Shown: piece by piece, positions 27,309 to 38,649 of the stretch | How positions within the stretch are numbered: the first letter of the stretch is position 1 | How the letters are laid out: each line of letters begins with the position of its first letter | NCBI GenBank assembly: GCA_000708835.1 | Contig: DF237429.1 | Location: 1-64,000 of the forward strand | Direction: 5' to 3' | Length of the DNA stretch: 64,000 nucleotides | Source: Klebsormidium nitens | Taxonomy: Eukaryota; Plantae; Klebsormidiophyceae | Program-made: the position numbers and the translations under genes | Notes under the pieces: model-generated | Told to the model about the DNA's origin: nothing | Seen by the model: the letters and a program-made list of their open reading frames with translations, nothing else | Databases searched by the model: none

Positions 27309-28687
27309 GGGGGGCGGTCAGATGCAGCGGTCTTGGAGCTGCACTTGCGGATCACCTGCACACACCAGAGCTCATCCTAAGAATCGCATGAGGCGGTTAA
27401 GTGGCCATATGCACATGAAACGACCTGTCTGAGTGGTGGCACTTTACAACAAGGTTCTTCCTGTCCATAATCCAAGATCCGGAAGCAAACCACATAGGTG
27501 CAACATCTAAGGCTCCTGTGTTGGCACTTGGCGAGCCTCACCAAAGGGTATGCAACAACATCAGCAATTGAACAAGCAAAATTGAAGAATGGCACCGGAA
27601 GAATGTGAATCTGACTGGAGCTTCTCCTGTTGAAAAAGTTCTGCTCGTTTCAACACGGACGCTGCAATCACCATAGATATTGCCCAGATCCCATGCAGAT
27701 TACTTGAGAGAGAGTTGAACGCACCTATCTCTGACATTGTCGGCCTCAGCACCTGGTCGACGCGATGCCTGATCAGGCCCAACTTATTGGCCCCGTGGAC
27801 GCATACTCTGGCATGGGTTAAAACAAATTCTCACTGCGAGCGCCCCACAAGAATTGGATCAGAAAGCTTGGCTGCAACTCTTGGGGCTGAAGCTCTCAGA
27901 GCGGGCCTCCAATCCTCAAGAAGCTACATGACGAGCTCAAACGCTAACGCACGGCCCTATCAATGGTAGACTAGCCACCCCAACTTCAAGCTTTCAATAC
28001 CTAGGCCGGAAACATCCTTTACTTTTACAAAAGGCGAAACCCAGTGCATGGCGCCTGGGTTGTGCCGCACCATGTTGCAGAACAGCAGAGGAAAAGGTCG
28101 GAACGAGATGCAGAGAGTTTGGCAGTGCAGACTCGTGAGAAGGGAAGCTTCATGCGCAGTCTCCACGCTCTAGTTTGCGCCAGAGCGTGATAACGGCAGA
28201 AACCGGTTGGATTCTCGGCTGCTCGATCTTCGACGTTGTACGTCTGCGAAACATCTGAGAGGTGTGTCTTCCAATCTGGCTCAAGCTGTGCTTGACTTTC
28301 GTTGTCGAAACGGTATCAAATGGGGTAACGATAACGGCGTGCAAGGGAGCCCTCAGCTCTTGCCATATTGGGTGCGTGCCATTCACTGGTCGCGCAACCT
28401 TCTCAATCTTCTCCGATGTTTGCAAGCAGCAAGGGGGCCGGTGTGCTAAAGGCTAAAGCGTAACGCTCTTAAGCTATCTTTGAAAATTTCTAAAGGGAAA
28501 AAAGGAGCAGTGCCCTCTTCAACACGGAGGATTGTGGCCAGGTTTAGAGTTCTTGGTGCCAGTACGCCGCCGTCTATGATCAAAGAGCTACTCATTTTCT
28601 TTAAAAGTATAGTTTTGATCGAGCATCGAGAGGTGCAATAAAAGCCTTTGAAGAGTGTTTGGTGCAAGCACCGTCCTCTACGAAAAG

Positions 28688-29013
28688 ATGGCGTCAGGAA
28701 AGCCCGAACAATTTGAGTGTCGGCGGCCAGCCAATCCAGAGAACACGAAGTTCCAGAATATCAAAGAGCACTTTGAGGACTTCAAGAACGCCTCCATGGA
28801 GGAGCACAAGAAGTGCCTCATGAACACTTTCAACAAAGTGAGTGCCACTGGTTTTGCTATGGTTCAGGTCTGGATGAGTCAGATAGACGACAGATTGTGC
28901 TCCGCGAATTGCATCGACTTTGTGTGGTGGGTTTTGCTTTATCCAACTTGAGACCTCTGATACATCTTGCCAAGGCAGGTGTTGACATTGTGTAGGTATC
29001 AGGATTTTCTTGA
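28688..29013 (+). CDS. Small hypothetical protein (~55 aa)
   Basis: Exon 28688-28837 encodes MASGKPEQFECRRPANPENTKFQNIKEHFEDFKNASMEEHKKCLMNTFNK with strong codon bias and an AAA|GTGAGT donor. Probable terminal exon 28996-29013 (VSGFS*); an alternative acceptor at 28979 is possible. Confidence 0.6.
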
Positions 29014-30289
29014 TTTCACAGATCTTTCATATTGCCACTTTGTGGTGCACTCTATCCTGGGTCAACTTTCAAACATGTGATTTCTTAGTTTTCAACACAA
29101 TGACGCCTTAGCGTCTCGATCTAGAGCCTGTGACCTCAAGGTTGCGCCACAGCCGGCACCACTTCATGGATTGCAAAACATTGATATCGCTATTCGTCGA
29201 TCTTCTGAGAGCACCGTAGAAGAGGGCGGTTTGTGGCACAGACTTGCTGTGTGCCAGCCTGCATCATTGTTTCCCCTGGTCATCAGCCACTATGGACTAG
29301 AAAACGGACCGTAGTGTGCTGCTTATATAATGAGTCACCGCGGGCTATGCGATACATGTTGCTCGTGACAGCCCAAACAACAAATGGTCAGACCGTATGG
29401 AAAGACAAAGTAGACCATTGGTTAGGTATTCTGGTCAGGAAGGTATTCTACTTGATATCTGTATTGTCCGCAAGTATGTATGATCAGATTCTGTAGAGAA
29501 CAGAGTCTGCGCAAAAAAGGAGACTTCCCTGACCTTTGTCTCTTGGTTGCTGACTTTATTACAACCGGGAGCCACTTCACGCTGCCTGCAGGTGTTTTCC
29601 ATAGGCAGCAGCAAGCCGGCTGCGGAGCCTGCCCCAAAGCAGGTGCTAGCGGGCGCCTCACAACAAAGTGCACCACAGGAGGTCGAAAGTGTCTTGAAAG
29701 TACGGGCTACTAGCTTATAACCATACCCTTCAGAGTGCAGAAAGGCAAGCAGGTAAGCTATATGCTGGGTTTCTTCTTTGTTGCGTGCCGATCTGCTTAG
29801 CATGCACCATTTTCTTTCGGCACTTTCCACGGTGCTTGGTTTTCAATCCAAGCTGGCTCAAGCGCCACCTCTGCACCACTATCGACTGATCACAGCAGCC
29901 ATCAATGGATTAGCGTCAGCGCACCTAGAGACTCCTAGCCGCGCCCTGATTGCTGATGTATGTGGATTGAGCTTGGCCATGTTTGATATGTTGGTACGAG
30001 TTATAGTTGAAGGATGATAGTCCTTTGTCTTATATTCATGATAGTCGCCTTGTCTGATAGAACATTGTCCAGGTGATGCAGGAAAGGTCAGCTGTTGTAA
30101 ATATCAGGTGGCTCTCCATGCTATAAATTTGCAGCCGAGAGCAACCAGATGTTAGACCGGGAGCCGTCAAAAAGGCCTGGATAAGCTGCGCATGGACGAG
30201 CTCGAATCGGAAATTCGTGACGACGGTACCCATTCCTTTGCACAGGCTGAGGCCATTTAGATTTAGCGCCCCTGGTTCCTCGATCTAGT

Positions 30290-30880
30290 GCCTGCAATGA
30301 TCGGTGCAAAGTCTTGTGTTCAATTGGTTTCTTGGCTGCGGACTTCTGCAAAGATTTTGATTTGGCCGCCAGCTCTACTAAGAGGGCTTGCAGCTAGCCA
30401 TGCAGCCGCCAATGATTGCAGCCACGCCAGCCAGCCAGGCTGGCAGATGCAGAAGATATTACTAGCTTTCGTTATCGCCGACAAGTTGGTCATTCGCAGA
30501 TGTGCACTTAAGCGTCGGACAGTTTGATGAAATGTTTGAGGGCCGCCATTGTGGAATTCATGCAAATGATACCGCACGGTTCGCATATACGCACTTGAAA
30601 TCAAACGTTGCATGCAGAATTCCGGGCTCTCAGTCATCATTCTTGTACAATTCAATATGCTGCATCTTGGCGTATATGTTTCGTAATCATTGATGTGGCC
30701 AGTACATGGCGCTGCGCACGTCGGACGGTATGTACATGTGTGACCATCATGCCATGAGACGGAAGTTCAACAATGCTGAATAACACTTTGACGGTTGCCT
30801 AGCACGGTGGCCAGCTAGCGGGCAAGCAACCGAACTATGCACCATGGCTCAATGCATGATGTGGACTAGGGCAAGATTCA
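30290..30880. other. Palindrome-rich intergenic island between the small ORF and FLVB (convergent)
   Basis: ATGTACAT 30730-30737, TGGCCA, GCTAGC, CCATGG, ATGCAT, TGCGCA and repeated CATG/TGCA/CTAG. Confidence 0.4.
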
Positions 30881-31152
30881 TACGAGGACACCGTTGACAA
30901 CGCACGCAATGATTGTCGAAACAAACTACCCAAGCGCTGGCACCGTGGATACTGTACGGTCTGCAATAAGCGACTAGCAAGGGAGGCAGCTCACTCCAAC
31001 TTGCTCCTGGAAGAAACATCATTTATCAACGAGATCCTTTCTAACTCCATTAATCCCCACACTCCTAGGTAACGGACCGTATAGGAACTTATCCACTGTA
31101 GGACTGTACAATGAACAACGAGCAATCACAACACGCCAACTCCGCGACTGGA

Positions 31153-34100
31153 TCAATAGTAATTCCCAATCTTGCGATGGTGCGCGGCGGTTCTGCCGTC
31201 CGGCTTGGCGACATTCCCGTCCGTCACCTCGCTGTACACGATCCAATGGTCCGCCGTCTCCATGCGGCTCTTTACCGTGCACTCCAAGTACGCAATCGCT
31301 TCTTGCAGCAGCGGGGATCCGTTCTTGGCATCGCTCGTGTCAACGCCCTCGAAACGGTCGGCTGCACGGAACAAGGAAAGGTTGAATCAGAACTGAACTC
31401 TGGACTTTCAACAACGTACTTCGAGTCTTCAGCCGATTCGTGCCTGTGTCGTTAAGTAACATCGATGCCGCTTTGTCAACAGAATACTGCAGTCAACTGG
31501 GCTGCAGAAACAATGCTGCGGTTCCAGTCAGCCTGACTGCGAATGATTTGAAAAGAACGGGCCCCCAAACCGACACGAATCATCCGTACAAATTGGCCTG
31601 GTCAAGCAATCCATGACGGAATGTCCAGGAACAATATGTCCGAGGATAGATGTAACTCTGCACCGTAACTTAGAAAACGCGGGTTCGCTACGCCCCATTA
31701 TGTCTATCTATTGAGAATGAACTGTTCACCGCATATACTGGACGTCTTTCTCGAGTCAAATTCAGTTTTGAAAACGGAGTTAGAGCGGGTTGTTGGCTGA
31801 CCTCCTGGCGGGAAGCGCTTGAGGAAGTGCTTCATGAGCTTGCTGTAGTTGTTCTCCTCCAGGCAGTTGAGCACGAACGTGTCGCCCACTTGCATCAGCG
31901 ACTCGATGGCACGGTCCTTGGCCACCGCGATCGTGATGCCGTACGGCTTGAAGCTCGCCTGGACACGTGGCAGGGGCATCAGATTCAGTCGCAAAGCGGA
32001 AGAGAAGACTTCAACACCACAGGGAATAAGTGATGCGCCCGGTAGACGATCTTGCCTTATCTATCGCAGACAATACTGCTGCAAACATCAAGCTTCAACG
32101 CATTGCCTGACAGTCACACTTCCTCCCTGGAAAAAACGTGGTAATCACGATCGGTCCTCAACCAGACCCCACTTTCTTACGCCAGGCTGATTCAACTTTT
32201 ACACGCCAGGCTACTTCCACTTGAAGAAGCACAGCCCGGATCACGCAGCTCTCCCAAAACATCCCGTCAATGACCCTCAGAACATCGAACCATCGGCACT
32301 GAATCCAGGCCGTCCGCACTGATAGCCACATCTGGCCTCCCTTTCCTGCTCACCTGCGAGACCCAGCTGGCAATCATGGCTCCCTTGGAGCTGCCCTTTT
32401 TGGCGGTCACCACGTAGAGCCCGCCCGAGATGCGGCCAAGCGCCTTGGCAATGTCGACTGACATGCTCGCTTTGGTGTCGCTAATCTTCTTCTTCTGGCT
32501 CAGCGATTGGCCCAAATCCGTGCCCGTCTCCTCGTAAGCCTGGTACCTGTGCGTGGCAGGCGAAGCCATTTCGGACCAAACCCTCACTCTTTACAAGGGC
32601 CCACCCCAAAATGTCACCATATCTTTCAATAGTTACAAGGGATAGTTGCAAGGTTCTCCCTTTTGGTACTTCTAAGCACTAAATGTTTTGTCTCAGTCAT
32701 CGATACCAGAAAAGAAGAATGTGAAAAACGTCTGTGACGACGACGCCAAGTTAAATGGCCTTCCGGAGATACCTTCATAACTGAGGACGTGTGCCGAAAG
32801 CAAGCCAGGTCGTTGAGTACCGCCGTGTTGGCAGCACGAAAAAGCCGGTTCAGGATCTCGCACAATACAAGTGCTTATTTCACTTGCTTTCATTGCCTCC
32901 GTGGACAAATCCTTCAAGTGCCTCCAGACTTGGATGCACTCAAAACTCAAGTAAACAAAAAGTCATTCCACCCTACTCACGTGGCCTCGGTCGGCGTCTC
33001 CTTAACGCGCATGGGCTCAAACACGGGCGCCAATCCCTGCTCCACAAAACGCTGCGTGATAGTATCCACCGGTTCGTCGTCCCCTCCGTAGCTCTCCGCT
33101 ACCACCACCTTCTGCTTCGCTTTTACGGAAGCGAGCAGAGTGCCAAGGGCAGTGTTGGCGGGGCCGCTTGAGGGGGGGGTCAGGACCACCACGGCTGCGC
33201 TGCGACCAACGACCTCGACGAGCTCCTGCGAGGCGGCAGCGAGAGCAAAGCTTGGTAATGCTCGGAATGATGTTAACACTTCCAATCGTACTTCAGAAGT
33301 GGAGGTGTTTCAAAAAAACCACCGCGGCGCTGCGACCAACAACCTCGACGAGCTTCTACGAAGCAGAGGCGGGAGCACAAGGTTGGTGAGCGCTCAGCGT
33401 TGACTTCAAGCGACTCTGAGATTGAAACGTATTGACGACCACCACAGCGACGCTGCGGCCGATGACATCGACGAACTCCTGCAGAAGCATAGCTTTGTAG
33501 ATGGTAGTAGAGCAGAATCTACTGCAATCTCCATGTACATTGCGGGCAGGGGAAAATCCCGCTTCTTGGACAGTCGCTTGCAGGTGCCCGACAAGCTGTA
33601 ATCAAAATAGAGAACACTGCCTTCTTTCTGCTGTTTTCTGTAGCTAAGGCCTTGTGAAAATTACAAGATCGCATGCGATCGATTCTGATGAAATCCTTCA
33701 TCAGATGGCACCTATTTCTGCAGACCAGACGACGTTCTGAACATGACCACCGAGTGTGAACAAGCAAGAACAGTAGCCCACACTTTCACGATCTTGAAAA
33801 ACCAATAACGGACCGGCAACGACCCACAAATGCAACCTTACCTGCACGTCGACGCTCCCCAGGTCCAGCATCTCCACGCCCACGTCCGTCTTGGTGATTC
33901 CCCTGGCCAGCGCCTGGCTCAAGCGGTCACTGAACCCGTAATCCGCCGTGTACAGCACAGCAACCGTGGCGCTCTGCTTCTCGACCGCCTGCTTGCTCCA
34001 CTGCAAACAGGCAGACCACAGACTGGATTGAGGGCAGAGCTCGTGAACGAAGACGACCCATAGGCTGATTATTTGATGCATGCGGCAGTCCGCATACCTT

Positions 34101-37100
34101 ATCCTAGCAGTCCTCGTAGCCTATCTGTCAAGAAACTCTGAGACAGCCGTCACTAGAAGGAAACCTCAAAGCGAGACGAGTAGACGACCAAACGACTTGC
34201 GCCACCAGCCCTTATACCAACGCGATGGAAGGGTCACCAAAGCGGCCTACTTTGCAAGCCACTGCATCGTTTGCAGGCTTCTGACGTTCAGAAGGCCTTG
34301 ACTTTCATGAGCTTAACCTATGAACCCAAAGAATCGTAAATCATGAGAACCCTAGCATCGCTACAAAAAACTCTAATCTCAGATCATAAGAGACTGATAC
34401 CCTGGGTAACCCACCTGCGCATAGTGGTCGGTGAACTCGGGAAGGTTGTAGCGCAGCAGGGGGCCGTGCCCGGTGGCGATGGTACCGTACTCGAGCTCGC
34501 CCAGCTTGCGCTGCGCGGTCAGGACGCTGCGCGCGTTGGGGCGCATCAGGCAGTCGTAGTAGAACCGGAAGTGGGGCTCCAGCTTTGAAAGCTCCTCGTC
34601 AAAGATCTGCGCGGGAGCCAGGCTCCGGTTCAGTTCCATTGTGCAGAAAGAAGGATTTGTTTTAATTTCGACAGCAGAGAGGAGAACAACGATGGCGCTC
34701 CAGGCTTTTCAAGTTGATGCAGGTGTGCATGTCATAAGCAAGCACTCAGATTAGGAACCCGAGTGCCACTACAGCACAAAGCAACAAAGGCAGAGAGAAC
34801 GACTGCCCTTAACCCCTACAGTTCATGGTCAATTGCGCTTACTATTGAGAGAAGATTACCTGATATCCCCAAACGCAAAGCCCAGCCTTCGTGAACACAC
34901 CTTAGTGGCGTTCATGCAAACCATGAGCAACAGGTCGGAGAAAGCCAACTGTCGCCAGTGCTTAGCTCACAGCAAAAGGACAAAGGAAGAAAGCTCACCT
35001 CTTCAGAGCAGTAGTGCATGCCAAACGCGTCGCAGGTGAACAGGATGCTGGTGGCCTTGTCGTATGTGAACATGGTGTCCGGCCAGTGCAGGTTGGGAGC
35101 CATGAAGAAGTCCAGCACGTGGCCGCCGCCCAGGTCAATTGAGTCCCCGTTCTGCAAGCAAATACCAAAAGTTCAGCGTGTGATTTACTCATTGGAATGC
35201 GGAAATGCATGCAAACTATATGGCAGGTTTCACATTGTGAAAGGGTGATGGAACCCGCAAGTGGCATAGACAATTGACATTCGCAGGAACACGGCTCCCG
35301 TTAAGAGGTAACTCAAGGAGGAAGGACAAAAAAAAAGGGCAGAGACACATTTTAAACATGACGAGGTTGCTCAACGGGGTTCAACAAGACCTCAGATTGT
35401 TTGGGAGACACCAACCACACATCCTCAAAGTGGCAATCAAGTGTAACACACAGCAAGCCAAGGAATGTGATTTTCACATGAAAATCATCACTAAATCATC
35501 GTTAACATCGAGCAGCCCCTGGAAACAAAAGCGTTCTTCAAACACCAACAGATGACAACAGGGTTCTTCAAACCCCAACAAGTAACGACCCCTCAGTCTT
35601 GCATAAGCCGCTTTGCTGCCAGCCTGCTAACAGCAAACGAGATTACGTTATTACCGAGTAAACTTGCCACAAAACTCTCAATTGCCAGCAGTACCCACCT
35701 GAAGTACCCAATTTTTGCCCCCCCTCTCCCCCCACAAGGAAGACTTAACAATCCAGGCCCCCCCTCACCTTGACAGCCTGCGACTTGAACGGCTTGAGCA
35801 CCAGGTTCTGCAAGAACTGCAGGCAGACCTTGCTCCCCACCACTGTCGCGTCCGGATGCAACTCCAACAGATCTGGGATCAGGCCGCTGTGATCTGGCTC
35901 CGTGTGGTTCGCAATAATGTAATCCACGCTCCCCGGCTCCACCTCTTCTTTCAAGGCAGAGAGGTACAGCTTGCGGAACTTCTCGTGGCTCGCGTCGAGG
36001 ATGGCGGTCTTGGATGCGCCCTTGATGATGAAGCTGTTGTAGGTCGTGCCGTTCTGGAGGCCAAACTCGCTGCACACAGGGGGGGTGAGCGGTAAGCTTG
36101 TGTCAAGCTTTTCAAAATCTCGACCTCCAGGCATCCTCGCACTACAACATGATGGGAGGCTACTCTTACAAATGCTCGGAATATTGTAGGAAAGAGTTTG
36201 AGCTAAAAAGCATATGGGGGCCAAGACTAAGGGCGACAGCAACAAAAGCTATCCAAGTGGTTCCATCCTGCAGACCAAACCTTACTGCACCATGTAGAGA
36301 AGAAGGGGGGAGGGGGGGTGTGGCACTTTGTCAATGTGGATTGGCTGAGCGATGTGTTCATATTCAACTTCTGGGGGCCATCTGCCTTATGCAGAATGAA
36401 GGTCCCAAGACTAGGGCAGAAAGATAAGGGACACCTAGTCAAGAGCAAAAGAAGCAGGAAACAGACGATGTAAGTGAGTCAACCCGTTTTACACCCCGGA
36501 TTTGCTGGCGCGAAAAGGAGTGGGCATTAGAGACTTGGCAACCAGCAGCTCTTATACAGGGGGTGCTAAAAGAGATTGGGGGTGCTAAAAGTGTTTATAC
36601 TTTGGGGGTTCTTGAACAACTCCTTGCCTCAAGTTCCTGCTTGCTCAAAATAAGCAGAACACAAAATGTCTTTTACCTTCTCTAATACTTGCTTTGTTGC
36701 AGTGTGGATACAAACAGTGTGGATACAAAGAGCACCATTGGGAGAACGTTGTTGGCTCACGCAAGAGCAGAGAACGGAACTATGGCTGGTAGAGACGCCC
36801 TCACTTCATACGCAGACCCCATCAGGCATATCATTTGACAACTATATGGGCACGGGTTTCTGAGATGCTAACCGAGTAGAACTCTAAGCTCGTCCCTCTT
36901 GGAAGGTCTTCTGTGACATTCCTATGTACTCCTCTGTCCAAGTGTTTGTGATGTTTGAACCAAAAAATCTTTCTGAAAGATTCAAGGGCCCCATCGATAT
37001 GATGGAAAACAGATGCCTCAAGCATTAGAAACGCACAATGCTGTCACTCATATACGAAGGGGCCAGCCAGCTCTGATTAATGCTGCTTGTGTCTCTCTAC

Positions 37101-37845
37101 TTATCGAGTGACAGAAACGAGAAGGTATCATCGACAAGAACCACCAGTTTGCAAACCAGATCTAACTGTACTACCTCGCAGAACATGCTTGAAAAGGAGA
37201 CCACGACTTACAGCGTCACCAACACATGCTTTTGCAGGAGCGCGGGAAATTTATTGCAATCTTGCCTATGCACGCATGCAACTTGACTTTTGACTGCCTG
37301 CAACAACAACATGACCGCCTGCAACCAGTACTCAATCTTAAAGCAGACGAAGAGACGGAGGGTTTTGTTAATTGCAGTAGCAGCTGACAATGAAAGAGAA
37401 GAAGGGAGCGAAGCCCAACCTGGCTCTTGTTTTCAAAATTAAAGTGAGCTTTCGAGCAATCCCCTTCAGGTACTCACATGTCAAACCTGTCGCGGTCCCA
37501 ATCCAGCGACCGGATTGTCGTCGTGTCTTGTGCAATTTGTGCCGTCTGTGTCTGGAGCCTCTTCTCCCCCCCCCATTTCTCCACCTTTGACATTGCCCCC
37601 CTCTCCGGAGCAACCGCCACGGCCGCCCTCGCTGCCCCCTTGGTCCTCTCAACCCGTTGCCTAACCGCGAACCCAGCCTGCAGCAACTCCCTCCCCCCCG
37701 ACAAGTACTCCTTTTTTCTTAATCCCCCCTGCTTCTGCAAAACTGGAAAGACAGCAATACGCTCTGCAGTGCTGGACCGACACATTTGGCACATGCTCTG
37801 GGGGGCAGCCCGGAGGCCCCCCACGACGGCGCCGGCTGCAGCCAT
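31153..37845 (-). CDS. FLVB: Chloroplast flavodiiron protein, Flv3-like (canonical di-iron site), ~658 aa, 9 exons
   Basis: Exons 37845-37478, 36069-35769, 35151-34999, 34606-34415, 34000-33842, 33225-32981, 32546-32354, 31958-31802, 31361-31153 (1977 nt). Ala/Arg-rich transit peptide. Metallo-beta-lactamase domain ([53 protein letters not shown]), flavodoxin domain ([12 protein letters not shown]) and C-terminal flavin reductase ([13 protein letters not shown]...DHWIVY...HHRKIGNYY). The A/B label rests on the canonical HxExDH site. Confidence 0.93.
33183..33500 (-). repeat. Triplicated 3' splice site plus exon start of FLVB exon 6
   Basis: Real acceptor at 33225 (CAG|[15 protein letters not shown]). 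Copies start at 33355 (TAG|[14 protein letters not shown]) and 33478 (CAG|[15 protein letters not shown]); flanking intronic sequence is also similar. Confidence 0.85.
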
Positions 37846-38649
37846 CGCAGTGCAAAAGTGTTGTGTGCGTGCAGCGCTGTTTCAGTACAGGAAAACGCCA
37901 GAGGTGTTCCCTTTCAGATGTTGAAATGATCCTCAAATTACCGACTGAGTCTGTAGTCCCAGCTTCTTCAGCAGAGCTTTGGAAAGTGCTTGCGTCCACC
38001 TGACACAAGCCTGGAAAGGGGAGCAAGCTGCTGCGTGGCTTCTTCTCGAAGAGGACCTTTTAACCTACGTTAAACCCCTCGGGTCGCGTGCACTTTTAGG
38101 TGTTCGGTGTTGCGACGACGACACAATCTGAATTGAGGTGTCGAACATTCTAGAAGGCCAGTTTTAACCGAGCCTTAACCCCATGTGGTTCAGGTTACGT
38201 ACGTAGGGCCTGGTAGGGGGCGTTAACCCCATCATCGGTTCGCGGCGACATCCTAATAACGCGTGTTGACTGCCCGTCGCTGCGAGTTTTAATATGAACT
38301 GGCCAAATAGCTCTTGCGAGCGACTGCGGAACTGGATTTACACGTATCTGGTCGCCGCGTGGGACGTCCCACAACATGGAACTTGATTCATTATCTTGGT
38401 TCCTAGCTCCGACTTCTGAAGTTCTGCCGGAATCAAAGCTGACCAACCAACTTGCAAGTACCGTAGGTACTCGATAAGAAGCTCATCTCTTCTGATTGTC
38501 TGATGACGGCTCCTCAAGGGCTGATGCTTCGGGCATTTCCCCTGCTAGCTGGCAAGGGAGATATTGCTAGGAAAAGGCTGCAATACTTTGGAAATTGGTG
38601 ATTATCCCAAAGAACTTTCAGCTAAGGGTTTTTCCGACATCAGGCAGCA

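Noticed and set aside
27377-28450. Short ORFs between SNAPC4 and the small ORF
   Set aside because: No consistent splice chain or homology; an in-frame stop lies just upstream of the SNAPC4 ATG, so this is likely UTR or promoter.
36559-36730. Short duplications in FLVB intron 1 (GGGGGTGCTAAAAG x2, CAGTGTGGATACAAA x2); similar at 5732-5766 and 58556-58582
   Set aside because: Ordinary slippage duplications with no link to splice sites.
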